Virus record (IMG/VR): IMGVR_UViG_3300011337_000448
Coordinates: 1-37,927 of that record
DNA: 37,927 nt
Reading direction: 5' to 3' (one strand)
DNA from: a virus
Taxonomy: Duplodnaviria > Caudoviricetes
A model generated the notes under the pieces. It had not been told where the DNA came from and made no database searches. It worked only from the letters and a program-made list of their open reading frames with translations. The number at the start of each line of letters is the position of its first letter. The first letter of the stretch is position 1. Of the stretch, positions 1 through 8,770 are shown piece after piece. The translations under genes were made by a program, and so were the position numbers.

Positions 1-16
1 CGCGAGGCGGAAACCT
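1..16. repeat. 16-bp terminal direct repeat (left copy) CGCGAGGCGGAAACCT
   Basis: Identical to positions 37912-37927; indicates a circular/complete contig or filled-in cohesive ends. Confidence 0.9.
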
Positions 17-68
17 GTTTTCACTAATTGGTGTAACAGGTTTCCTTCCCGGCGTACCCTCTTCACCG

Positions 69-527
69 TCAAACTATTGTAATCAACAGTTCTGGCTGAC
101 ACGTGACGATTTTAGCCCCTTTTTTGATGTTTTCGGCTGCTTTTAACGGTCGAAGGTTGCTGTAATGCCATGCTCTTTTCATGTCATTTTGATCAGTAAT
201 GTCAAAATGTGCCAGAGGCTCGATGTGATCAATGTGCCAGTATTTCCCATAGTTTTCCCATCGCATACCCTTAGTAAACTTTGACTCAATCCACGAGGCA
301 AAGAATGACCAAGAGCATCCAATCATTGTGCTTATCCCGTCTATTTTGGTTTGCTGGTAGCGTTTTAACCCTTGGCGAAATCTGCCTTTCATGCTGTTTT
401 TTATTTTAAATAGCGACTCCCTTTTACATAATTCTCTTCTATAATTTTCTATTGACTGTTCAAAAGTAATCTCTTGATCTTGGTTTGTTTGCATTTTTTT
501 TAAGTGTTTTCTTGCACCTATACCCAT
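69..527 (-). CDS. HNH-type endonuclease
   Basis: Motifs GMRWENYGKYWHIDHIEPL...WHYSNLRPL..AENIKKG; AT-rich relative to the rest of the genome. Start uncertain. Confidence 0.8.
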   Translation of the reverse strand: MGIGARKHLKKMQTNQDQEITFEQSIENYRRELCKRESLFKIKNSMKGRFRQGLKRYQQTKIDGISTMIGCSWSFFASWIESKFTKGMRWENYGKYWHIDHIEPLAHFDITDQNDMKRAWHYSNLRPLKAAENIKKGAKIVTCQPELLITIV

Positions 528-546
528 TTAGGGTATGCTATTTTTT

Positions 547-744
547 ATGCAAAGCAAAAAATTCTCCGAATCTCTTCGTAATTTTCGCTATCAACATGGT
601 CTTTCACAAACAGAATGTGCGGCCCTTATTGTCTGCCTTAGCACGCGAATGATTCAAAAATGGGAGCAAGGAATAAGCGAGCCGCCATTGTGGGCTCAAG
701 GGCTACTCCTTAACGCACTAGATAATGCGAGAAGCAGCGAATAA
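547..744 (+). CDS. XRE/Cro-family helix-turn-helix transcriptional regulator
   Basis: LRNFRYQHGLSQTECAALI..STRMIQKWEQGISEP is a typical HTH_XRE pattern. Start could be 535 or 547. Confidence 0.8.
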   Translation: MQSKKFSESLRNFRYQHGLSQTECAALIVCLSTRMIQKWEQGISEPPLWAQGLLLNALDNARSSE

Positions 745-772
745 AATTATTCGTAAAATATTGGATTATTTG

Positions 773-801
773 TTGACTGGTGTGCTCTAATAGTGCATGA
801 T
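773..801 (+). promoter_or_regulatory. Putative sigma70 promoter for the 846 ORF
   Basis: TTGACT (773-778), 17-bp spacer, CATGAT (796-801) in an AT-rich intergenic gap. Confidence 0.45.
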
Positions 802-845
802 TTTCACACGCAGCCAATCACGGCTCGCACAACCACCGCTCCAAT

Positions 846-1109
846 ATGAAAAACATCATCCTCATCACCCTGCTCGTCTCCCAAGCCTCATCACTCACAT
901 GGATCGTCAGCCTTGAAGCCCGCCTCACAGAGCGCAATCCGACCGTCTTCCTCCACCCCTACGACACCCCGGCCAGCGACACACCGATCTTCATCGCTCC
1001 GCCGCCAGACCGTCCGTCACGCCCCGTGCAGCATCACCAGACCGAAGATTCTGAATTATTGCCACGCATCGCTCTTGACACCGAGCCTGATGGTGCTCTT
1101 TTTCCGTAG
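846..1109 (+). CDS. Hypothetical secreted/membrane protein, Pro-rich
   Basis: N-terminal signal-peptide-like segment MKNIILITLLVSQASS; flanked by its own putative promoter and terminator. Confidence 0.6.
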   Translation: MKNIILITLLVSQASSLTWIVSLEARLTERNPTVFLHPYDTPASDTPIFIAPPPDRPSRPVQHHQTEDSELLPRIALDTEPDGALFP

Positions 1110-1147
1110 CCATCTGGAAAATGGGCTAGTCGTTTAGTAAAAGGGGA

Positions 1148-1182
1148 GCCCCGCTGGTCTTTTCAGGCCAGTGGGGTTTTTT
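1148..1182 (+). terminator. Intrinsic terminator between convergent genes
   Basis: Stem GCCCCGCTGGTCT / AGGCCAGTGGGGT, loop TTTC, followed by a T run. Confidence 0.75.
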
Positions 1183-1615
1183 ACGCCCTTTTCTGAAGTT
1201 CGCGCTGGGCCACCAAAACAGTTTCTGTGCGCTCGATCAGCCGGTGGTAATGATGCCTGTCTCCATGCAAGCGAGCCCACATCACAAGTTCTATGCCAGC
1301 CTTGATTCTGTGCCCGTAGTGTTTAGTGCCAAGGTCTCGCCATAAATTGCGAGAGCCTTTAGTTGGGTATTTTTGCTTTGCTTGCAGCACGAGCTGTTTT
1401 TTAGACACGAAGCCGCCCGCCTGATCCTGCACTGCGAGTTCTTGCAGCGCGCTGGCCATTGCTGGTGCCTGCTCGTCTTCCTTGGTCTTCCTAATCGCTT
1501 TAGCCGCTTTCTTGTCTTCTGCGGCCTGTAGGAGCGCCTGCACGCGCTTAGCTGATTGCTGTCTGCGTTTCTCTTTGAGTGCGTGCTGAGCGCTTTCTGC
1601 CTTGTTTTTGCTCAT
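1181..1615 (-). CDS. Hypothetical basic protein
   Basis: 144-aa ORF, Lys/Ala/Gln-rich, preceded by an A/C-rich leader like other genes of this phage. Confidence 0.65.
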   Translation of the reverse strand: MSKNKAESAQHALKEKRRQQSAKRVQALLQAAEDKKAAKAIRKTKEDEQAPAMASALQELAVQDQAGGFVSKKQLVLQAKQKYPTKGSRNLWRDLGTKHYGHRIKAGIELVMWARLHGDRHHYHRLIERTETVLVAQRELQKRA

Positions 1616-1881
1616 TGTCTTGTGCTTCTTATGGTTTGTGTTTGTCGCTCTTGTCGTCGTGGTTTTTTCGCTTTCGCGCGCTTGGATGCGGTAGAATCAG
1701 CACCACGAAGTGGTCGCGTGCTAGAAAGTTAAAGGCTCCGGAAAATCGCGGCGCTCTCGTGTAGAAATGGCATTTTCCGGAAGAGGCAAAAATGGCAAAA
1801 TGGCCTAAAAGTGCCCAATTCTAACTAAATGGTTATATAATTACCATACTTTTTATTCTAATGAGAAGGAGTGTAGTTAAT

Positions 1882-2013
1882 ATCCCGGTAAACCGGTAAA
1901 TGATACCCCATTTCTCTAACCTTTTCTAAAAAAGGGAAAGTTGTCTTTAGCTCTATAGAGAAAGGTTGCTAAAATGGGGTGCGATTTACCGGTTTACCGG
2001 GATTTACCGGGAT
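1882..2013. repeat. Long inverted repeat with iterated TTTACCGG units; candidate replication origin
   Basis: Perfect 20-bp arms ATCCCGGTAAACCGGTAAAT (1882-1901) / ATTTACCGGTTTACCGGGAT (1984-2003), extended imperfectly to about 47 bp; lies immediately downstream of the primase-helicase gene. Confidence 0.75.
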
Positions 2014-2015
2014 TG

Positions 2016-4535
2016 CTATCGGATGATGTGATCGTGGAGGACGTTTACCTTGTAGGAATCATAACCAATATCCATGCTATAAGGCGGCTGCTTGAGTGTT
2101 CGTGTGAACTTGTTGCAGGTATCGACCACGCACGTCTCGCCGGATGCGGAGCACCATGCCTTGTACTCGCTGAACAGGTCGCGCATGGCGAAGTGCGCGC
2201 CCGGTTGCGACACGATGCGTTCGGCCACGAATTGCTGCAGGCTATCCTCCTCAAGGCGGTACTCTTCGGTTGCGGCCTTAACCATTGCGGGTGGGCACAG
2301 GCCGCCGCGCTCCTCGAAGTCTAGGTAGCCGTCGATTGCGTGGTTGAGGATACCGGGCAGTTCCGCTTTGAAGGTGGCCCACATCTGCGAGCGAGGCTTG
2401 CGCTCGTTTGCTGGAATGGTCACTTCCCATGGGATAAGGTGGATGCGTCGCCAGATGCCGTGATCAACGCCAGAAATCTTTGGCTTGTGATTGCCGACCA
2501 TCCAGATCTTGTGCGTGGGCGAGAACGTGTATGGCTTCTCATATGGCCTGCGTGCCACGATGTCCTCGCCACCCAGCAGGCCTTTGACCATGCTTTCGTT
2601 AATCTTCTTATTATCTGGCAGCTCGTCGGTAATGATGAGGCGCTTGCCTTCCAACATGCTCTTCTTGTAGTCTAGGCTGGCATCGCTGCCATTAGTGCCC
2701 AGCAGGGTGTTAACGTCCACCATGGTGCTGAGTTGGTCTCCCAGCAGGAATCTTAGCACCATCAGGCCGGTACTCTTGCCGTTTGCTCCGAGGCCGTAAC
2801 AGAAAAAGAGCGCATCGTGATCGACGAAGCCGGTCATACTGTAGCCGACAATTCTCCACCAGTAGTCGATCATGTCTGGATCGCCGCCAAAGGCGCGGTG
2901 CAGGAAGGAGTCGAATTCTGGACAGGTGGCGTTGGTGTCGTAGACTACAGGACTGGCCACGCTGATCAGATCTTTCCTCTCCGTTGGGCGAACGATCTTT
3001 TTAGCGAAGTCCACGCACAACCCATTGGCCAATCCCAGCAAATGCCTGTGCTTGTCGTACTCGGTGGCGTTGCGGCTCATCGCGTCAAACCTTTGAGCCA
3101 GAGTCAGCACGTTGGTCATGTATGGCAGCTTTTGCAGGCTGCCGCACCGTTGCTTGATCTGCTGGATGTGAGCGGCGTTGTTCTTGGTGACCTCCTTGTT
3201 CTTGGCTGCTTTAGATTCTGCGTCTACGTGCGCGATCAACGTGTGGTAGGCAGTAATGACCTGTGCGGACATATTGTGGATGCTGCTGCCGATGGTGTCC
3301 TTCGTCCACAGGCCGGTGGTGGCGTTGTATTTTCGCCACATCTGGGAGAGTGGGTCGTAGGAGAAATCTTTGCTGGATGTGAGCCGGAACAACTTCGAGT
3401 CGCCAACCTGTTCCTCTGAGTAATATTTTGCAATCGTTTCAATGTCCAGCTCGTCGGATTCGCCGATAATCTCCTTGTCGGATTCACTCAACTCTGGTGC
3501 TTCTTGATCCTTTTCCAACAGGTCTGTGTGTGCTGCATCTCCATTTTCCTTGCCGAAGATGATGCGGCCCAGCCATGTTTTCCGTCTCGATGCAGCGCCG
3601 GCATCGAAGCCGTGCTGTTGCGCGTAATGGATGACCGTGCGGATGGTCACGTTCTTGAGCCTGTTGCGGTGCTTGCGCTCGTACTCGCCCGGATTCTCTT
3701 CTGGTGCCCACTCGTTTAGCACCATCACGCCGGCGGCAAGCGGTAACACGCTAAACACGCCGGAGGCGATCCGAAGCCATGTGTCGTAGTCGGGTCGCTT
3801 GGGAAGCCACTTCAGAATCTCGCGCACGTCCTCGATGCTCATGTCGTGCTGGTCTTCCTCGAACGGCGTGATCTCACGGGCCTGCTTTGCTGGCCGGATG
3901 ACCTCCTTTTCTGCTACGGCTGTGACCTGTAGAACTTTGGTCTCTTCTTGCCGACACCATGCGTCCGGATCGTAGCTGACAAAGCACAGGCGCTCCACGT
4001 CTTTACAGGCTTTGTCGATAGTCAGGCCGTATTCTTCGTGGAAGTATTCCTTGGCTGTAGCAAAGCTGGCAAGGTGCTGGCTGCCGTCGATGCGAAGGGC
4101 GCATTTAATACCGACGCCGGATGGCCCGACGAATACGGCACCGATGTGTGGGTCAGCTTGCAGGCGTGCCCGTATGTCGCTCTGTACTAGTCCAAGATTC
4201 TCTTTGCCGTCAAAGTCGCACTGCAACCACCCGCTGTGAGTGCGGGCGCGCACAGGGGCATTTTTGGAGCGACTGACCATGCTGCACGAGAGCGTGACGG
4301 CTGGCAGTTTGCGTTTGAGTAGCCCCATCTTTGCCGTGTCGGCGGCTGCTGCATACTGGCGGATCTTGATAACGAGATCTTGGTACGTGCCGGACTTACA
4401 CTGCGTGATGAACTTGTTAAGCGAGCCAATATGGATCGGTGTGACGGATGTCGCGTCCGGAAACCATGAAATCTGTGCTTCGGCTGTGCCGGCTACTTCG
4501 GCTTCTTCTAGTGTGGTGTTGTCTTTAAGAGTCAT
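2016..4535 (-). CDS. P4/D5-family primase-helicase (BT4734/VirE-N-like primase domain, PriCT-2, D5_N, SF3 helicase)
   Basis: KRKLPAVT..HSGWLQCDFD..FVGPSGVGIK..DKACKDVERLCFVSYDPDA; DYDTWLRIA (PriCT-2-like); Walker A GLGANGKST; GNHKP..DHGIWRRI. Confidence 0.9.
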   Translation of the reverse strand: MTLKDNTTLEEAEVAGTAEAQISWFPDATSVTPIHIGSLNKFITQCKSGTYQDLVIKIRQYAAAADTAKMGLLKRKLPAVTLSCSMVSRSKNAPVRARTHSGWLQCDFDGKENLGLVQSDIRARLQADPHIGAVFVGPSGVGIKCALRIDGSQHLASFATAKEYFHEEYGLTIDKACKDVERLCFVSYDPDAWCRQEETKVLQVTAVAEKEVIRPAKQAREITPFEEDQHDMSIEDVREILKWLPKRPDYDTWLRIASGVFSVLPLAAGVMVLNEWAPEENPGEYERKHRNRLKNVTIRTVIHYAQQHGFDAGAASRRKTWLGRIIFGKENGDAAHTDLLEKDQEAPELSESDKEIIGESDELDIETIAKYYSEEQVGDSKLFRLTSSKDFSYDPLSQMWRKYNATTGLWTKDTIGSSIHNMSAQVITAYHTLIAHVDAESKAAKNKEVTKNNAAHIQQIKQRCGSLQKLPYMTNVLTLAQRFDAMSRNATEYDKHRHLLGLANGLCVDFAKKIVRPTERKDLISVASPVVYDTNATCPEFDSFLHRAFGGDPDMIDYWWRIVGYSMTGFVDHDALFFCYGLGANGKSTGLMVLRFLLGDQLSTMVDVNTLLGTNGSDASLDYKKSMLEGKRLIITDELPDNKKINESMVKGLLGGEDIVARRPYEKPYTFSPTHKIWMVGNHKPKISGVDHGIWRRIHLIPWEVTIPANERKPRSQMWATFKAELPGILNHAIDGYLDFEERGGLCPPAMVKAATEEYRLEEDSLQQFVAERIVSQPGAHFAMRDLFSEYKAWCSASGETCVVDTCNKFTRTLKQPPYSMDIGYDSYKVNVLHDHIIR

Positions 4536-5896
4536 GACTGAGTAATGCGGTTTGTGAATTCGATGGCTTCTTTTGATACCCAGACGCCCTTAAAAACGTC
4601 CTTCAAGTATAATCCTGACAGGGTACGCACCCGGCTGAGTGCAACGTAGGTTTGTCCGGGCTCGCGAGTAGCGCGCACGTCGATGAGGGCGGAGTTAAGA
4701 CTGAGTCCTTGGCTCTTGTGGATAGTGGCTGCCCATGCGAGCTTTAGAGGCAATTGCTCAACGCTGCCTTTGGTGTTGTCACTTGGGTCTACATGCCAAA
4801 CGTATGGGTCAATCTCAACCTGCTTTCCGCAGTCGAGCTTTAACAGCACAGTTGGCCGTCCTTGGTTAATACCAAGCACGGTGCCCAAGCTGCCATTGAC
4901 CGCTTTGAGTGCTCCGTTGCTGCCGGGAATACTCAGGTTGGCTGTCACCATGACCCGCGCGCCGACTTTGATTTTTAGCACCTGCGGGGTCAGCATATTC
5001 TTGATCATCCAATCGCATCCAGAGTGCCCAGATGACGCCATCGTAAATGTGGACTGCGGAGTTTCCAACCCCTCCAACATCATATTGTTGTACCGGTCCA
5101 CTTGCGTGTTGTGGGTGAACAAGCGCAGCAGATCAGCGCGAGGGAATAGTGCCACGCGCTTGGCAAGAATAGCTGAATGTTTTGGCTCGATCCGGCCTTC
5201 CCTGACATTATTAAGCAGATCTTTGAATACGTCATCATTCTGCCGGTGAATGCGCTGGAGAACGACGTGCTTGAAGTTGGATCGCTGCCATGCCGAGTTC
5301 TGGAAAGCCCAGTCGTATTTGCCCGTCTTGGACACAGGCGGCAGTTGAAGAAAGTCCCCGACGCAGATGACCTGCAATCCTCCCCATGGGTTATCGTCCT
5401 TGCGGACTTGGCGGCACAACCATTCCAAGAACTGAAACGTCCTTCCCGGCAACATGCTAATCTCGTCGATGATTAGGCATTCTGCGCTGCAAACCCTTTT
5501 CCATGCGCCGGTCCTTGTGATGCTGAATGGAGGCTTCTTCATTTCAGCGCACAAACGGTCAAAGCACGATTCGTCAGTTTCGTGAGGCAATGGCCCAAGG
5601 CCAATGCCTGACCACCTGTAAATGGTGTTGGCGTTGACCGACAAACCACACTTTTCTTGGATCTGGTCGCGCAAGTTTAACGCGGCGATACCGGTTGTGG
5701 CAGTCAAGTCGGTCTTGCGTGCACCTTCAGCAATGAATTGAGTGATGACCGTGCTCTTGCCGGTGCCGGCGTTGCCTGTGAGAAACACGTTCCGTCCTTG
5801 AAGCATGGTGTTGACTGCTTCTTGCTGGGACGGGTCGAGCTTAATTGATGGTGGACCTGTTGAGTGGTCGATTTCGTTGGAAAGTTCTAGGGTCAT
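4532..5896 (-). CDS. PIF1/RecD-like superfamily 1B DNA helicase
   Basis: FLTGNAGTGKS, LIIDEISM, GGLQVICVGDFLQLPPV, QLPLKLAWAATIHKSQG, YVALSR. ATG at 5896 chosen because of its ATGA overlap with the upstream stop. Confidence 0.92.
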   Translation of the reverse strand: MTLELSNEIDHSTGPPSIKLDPSQQEAVNTMLQGRNVFLTGNAGTGKSTVITQFIAEGARKTDLTATTGIAALNLRDQIQEKCGLSVNANTIYRWSGIGLGPLPHETDESCFDRLCAEMKKPPFSITRTGAWKRVCSAECLIIDEISMLPGRTFQFLEWLCRQVRKDDNPWGGLQVICVGDFLQLPPVSKTGKYDWAFQNSAWQRSNFKHVVLQRIHRQNDDVFKDLLNNVREGRIEPKHSAILAKRVALFPRADLLRLFTHNTQVDRYNNMMLEGLETPQSTFTMASSGHSGCDWMIKNMLTPQVLKIKVGARVMVTANLSIPGSNGALKAVNGSLGTVLGINQGRPTVLLKLDCGKQVEIDPYVWHVDPSDNTKGSVEQLPLKLAWAATIHKSQGLSLNSALIDVRATREPGQTYVALSRVRTLSGLYLKDVFKGVWVSKEAIEFTNRITQS

Positions 5897-6059
5897 GATG
5901 TTCGTGGACAATTAAAAGAAAGGGAAACCGCCCCAGTGCACACGCACGAGGACGGCCAGAGTTGCCGATTCCACCTGACGTAGCAGGTGGCGCAGAATTC
6001 GGCTGGCACGAGATCCATCCGCTTGTTGAGCTGGTGGAACCATGCGATATCGCGCACCG

Positions 6060-6494
6060 TTACAGTTCCGGCTGGAGCTGCGGGTCTAGCGGCATTGTTG
6101 GGAGCTGGCCTAGCACTGGCAGTGGGAATAGAAGCAATGGCGGCATCCCATGCCTCGATAACGCGAGCCACGCGGTCTGGCTCGAATGGGCCATGATAAT
6201 CCCCATCTGGCTCTGGGGGAGGAGGCAGGCTTGATGCCACAGTTTCTCGCTGTCCGTGCTCTTCGGCGGGAAGTTGGGTATTACGTCTGTCAGGTTCTCT
6301 GTTCCGACGAGGCGCTCTTCTGGTGAGGGCGATGGGGGTGAAATGAACTGGATTGGCCGCATCGGTAACCCCATCGACTTGTACGATGCCGATTCTGAAC
6401 TTCTTATGACGAGCGGCGATGTTTTTTTTTGAGCTTCTTCCTGTCTTTTGGCCTTGGCGGCTGCGTGCGCAGCCGCTATTTCTCGCATAGTCAT
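6060..6494 (-). CDS. Hypothetical protein
   Basis: ATG 4 nt after the exonuclease stop; 144 aa. Confidence 0.55.
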   Translation of the reverse strand: MTMREIAAAHAAAKAKRQEEAQKKTSPLVIRSSESASYKSMGLPMRPIQFISPPSPSPEERLVGTENLTDVIPNFPPKSTDSEKLWHQACLLPQSQMGIIMAHSSQTAWLALSRHGMPPLLLFPLPVLGQLPTMPLDPQLQPEL

Positions 6495-6498
6495 AATG

Positions 6499-7170
6499 CT
6501 AGTAGTCGAGGTCAGCCGCCGCTGGAGTGGGTGCTTCTGTGATACCCAGCATTCGCTCCATCACTTTTGCGGTGATGGCCATGTCATTGTTTAGGTACTC
6601 AAGCGCCTTTTGGCGGTCGTTTACCCACAGTCCGGCAAACTCTTTACCGCTCCCGTTCTTGGCTGGAAGCCCAAGGAACTTGCATACGGTGTCGAGCTTT
6701 ACCCACTCCATGCGGTCACCGCACTGCCATTCCAGTGCAAGGTCGATGAATACACTTTGGTTCACGTATCCACGTGTCATGTAAACACCAGAGGGAATGG
6801 CGATGCCGTGAGCCCAGCTCCTGCGTGTTAGGAAAGGAATGTCGAATTTGTTGGAGTTAAAGCCGACAACTGCCCGACGTTCACGCACTCGATCCTCTAG
6901 CCATGCCCAAAACGCGCGCAGATTTACTGCCTCGTCGTCGTCTTGCAGGATCGTGGTCACGCCATCATAACGCAAACCAATTGCAAGAACCTTGCCGGTA
7001 AGAGCCGACAATGCCCCGCGATCGAGCCATGTGGCTTTCTGTTCTGCGATGTTTTCGGCGATCTTGGCCGCGTCTTTGTAGTTGCCCGGCGCTTTGAACT
7101 CTGGGCAGAGGTGCTCAATTTGTTCTAGCGGTAGAGCGCCGGTCTCAATATCAAACAGGGCGGTTTTCAA
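6499..7170 (-). CDS. 3'-5' exonuclease, DnaQ/PolB-exonuclease-like (DEDDy)
   Basis: ExoI FDIET, ExoII VGFNSNKFDIPFL, ExoIII YLNND. Confidence 0.88.
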   Translation of the reverse strand: MKTALFDIETGALPLEQIEHLCPEFKAPGNYKDAAKIAENIAEQKATWLDRGALSALTGKVLAIGLRYDGVTTILQDDDEAVNLRAFWAWLEDRVRERRAVVGFNSNKFDIPFLTRRSWAHGIAIPSGVYMTRGYVNQSVFIDLALEWQCGDRMEWVKLDTVCKFLGLPAKNGSGKEFAGLWVNDRQKALEYLNNDMAITAKVMERMLGITEAPTPAAADLDY

Positions 7171-7907
7171 AACAATTCCTCCCCTTTATCAGCGACTTGC
7201 GTCAGCATTTCCATGGCTTCTGCTACGGCTGCCATCAGGCGGTTGTCGGCAGCCTTTAGCTTTTGACCATGCAGGCTTGGCACCCACTTGCTGTGCAAGC
7301 TTTTAATGCCTTCCTCTGGCAGGTCCCCCAGCTCCTGCCCCTCGTACTTGCCGACATGCACCTTGACCTTCTGCCAGTCTTCGCGCCCGGTCGGCTCGTC
7401 GTCTGCTGGTGCGGTTGATGCCTTCTTGTACGTGCCGCCGGCGTCTTTCTCTTCGCGGTCTTTGACGCGGACGTATGCGCCAGATACTTTATACGGCGCG
7501 TCAGTTTTGTCGGGCTTGATCAGGCCGATTTTGGCATAGGTGCGATCATCCTTGGCTTCGTGCTCGACGATGATCTGCACAGGGAAGCCAAGCAGTTCGC
7601 CTTCGACATCAAACTGCTTTTCTTCTGCTGCGGTCAGGTCGCGTCCCCGGATCTTCTTGAGATCGCGGCGAAACGATGATTTCTCGTGCAGACTTAGGCT
7701 GTATGGCACGGAGAACATCAGGCCGGCACGTCCATTGATGTCCACGTGTTCGGTTTCGTAGACTACTTTGAACACGTTCTTGTCGCCAAATTTGGTGCTA
7801 ATCATTTTGGGAGGTGTCACGTCTACGATGACGGCCTTGATAAAGCCGTCTGATTCTGGGTGTGGGGCAAAGTTGCCTTTGGATGTATTGCTGAGTATAA
7901 AGCTCAT
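7167..7907 (-). CDS. Putative single-stranded DNA-binding/replication protein
   Basis: YSLSLHEKSSFRRDL...GELLGFPVQIIVEH...TYAKI pattern, acidic C-terminus ending EELF, position next to exonuclease and helicase. Confidence 0.55.
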   Translation of the reverse strand: MSFILSNTSKGNFAPHPESDGFIKAVIVDVTPPKMISTKFGDKNVFKVVYETEHVDINGRAGLMFSVPYSLSLHEKSSFRRDLKKIRGRDLTAAEEKQFDVEGELLGFPVQIIVEHEAKDDRTYAKIGLIKPDKTDAPYKVSGAYVRVKDREEKDAGGTYKKASTAPADDEPTGREDWQKVKVHVGKYEGQELGDLPEEGIKSLHSKWVPSLHGQKLKAADNRLMAAVAEAMEMLTQVADKGEELF

Positions 7908-7978
7908 GTTGTTATGCTGTTATGGTTTTTGGTTTGTTTGTTTTGTTGGGAGAGAAAATCTTTTTGTAATACTGTGCT

Positions 7979-8317
7979 TTACTCTTCGTACTTCGGAATC
8001 TCCATCCAAGCCCAAGGTCCGTATGTGTCGCTGGGTAAATAAATGTGAGCGCCGTGACCGGAGAAGGTAAATCTCTTTCTGTCTTCGTCGTAAATAAAAA
8101 CGTCAAATGCTTCCCCCGGCGGTAGATCTTTTGGCCCCCACACGCCGAGGAACTCTTTGTCCTTGGGCGCGGTCTCCATGGGTTGCCACGTCATGGTTTT
8201 AAGTATGTGGATGGCTTGAGCAAGCGCACTGCCATGGTGTTTGTCCAGAATCGAGTATAACCGGTGACGGTTGTAGTTCTCAAAATACTCGATCAGTTCT
8301 TCAATTGTTTCGTTCAT
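7979..8317 (-). CDS. Hypothetical protein with DUF551-like C-terminus
   Basis: WQPMETAPKD...WAWMEIP motif common in phage early proteins. Confidence 0.6.
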   Translation of the reverse strand: MNETIEELIEYFENYNRHRLYSILDKHHGSALAQAIHILKTMTWQPMETAPKDKEFLGVWGPKDLPPGEAFDVFIYDEDRKRFTFSGHGAHIYLPSDTYGPWAWMEIPKYEE

Positions 8318-8339
8318 TAGCTTGTCGTTAGCTTGGGAA

Positions 8340-8534
8340 TTAGCTAAACCACTCTTCTTTATCAACGGGTTGCGGTGGATTTTTTAGCTTGTCGATTGGC
8401 TCGATTTTGACTGGCACATGCTCGAAGCATGTCTCGGTGTGGTGGGCAAACGAATTCCACCGAGTGCACCACCCCTCCCATGGGTGATGGGTGTGCCAGT
8501 GATCGCAGGTCATGCAGATGGGTGGTGGGTTCAT
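8340..8534 (-). CDS. Small Cys-rich hypothetical protein
   Basis: CMTCDHW...GWC...C..H; ATGA-coupled to the upstream ORF. Confidence 0.55.
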   Translation of the reverse strand: MNPPPICMTCDHWHTHHPWEGWCTRWNSFAHHTETCFEHVPVKIEPIDKLKNPPQPVDKEEWFS

Positions 8535-8770
8535 GGTTTGTCTTCGTATGCGGCCTTGAGCGTTTCTGAAAGCTCAAGTGATTCAGCTCGGCATCGCAAG
8601 TAAGCTGCCCGTAGATCATTGCACCTCCACCGATGCGCCTCTATTTCCTCGTCGTTCATCTCAAAAGTTCTGGTGTTGAGCTTCATGACCCAATCTCTTC
8701 GGGCTGTAGCCGCTTTAAGATTGGCTTCGGTTCTCCGGTCGATTAGTTTTAAGTAGTCTTCGGGGGTCAT
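8531..8770 (-). CDS. Hypothetical protein
   Basis: 79 aa, ATGA-coupled to thyA and to the next ORF. Confidence 0.6.
   Translation of the reverse strand: MTPEDYLKLIDRRTEANLKAATARRDWVMKLNTRTFEMNDEEIEAHRWRCNDLRAAYLRCRAESLELSETLKAAYEDKP

Noticed and set aside
1660-1745. Hammerhead ribozyme (CUGA...GAAA with small hairpins on the minus strand)
   Set aside because: Core reads CUGAUUC rather than CUGANGA and the three stems cannot be assembled.
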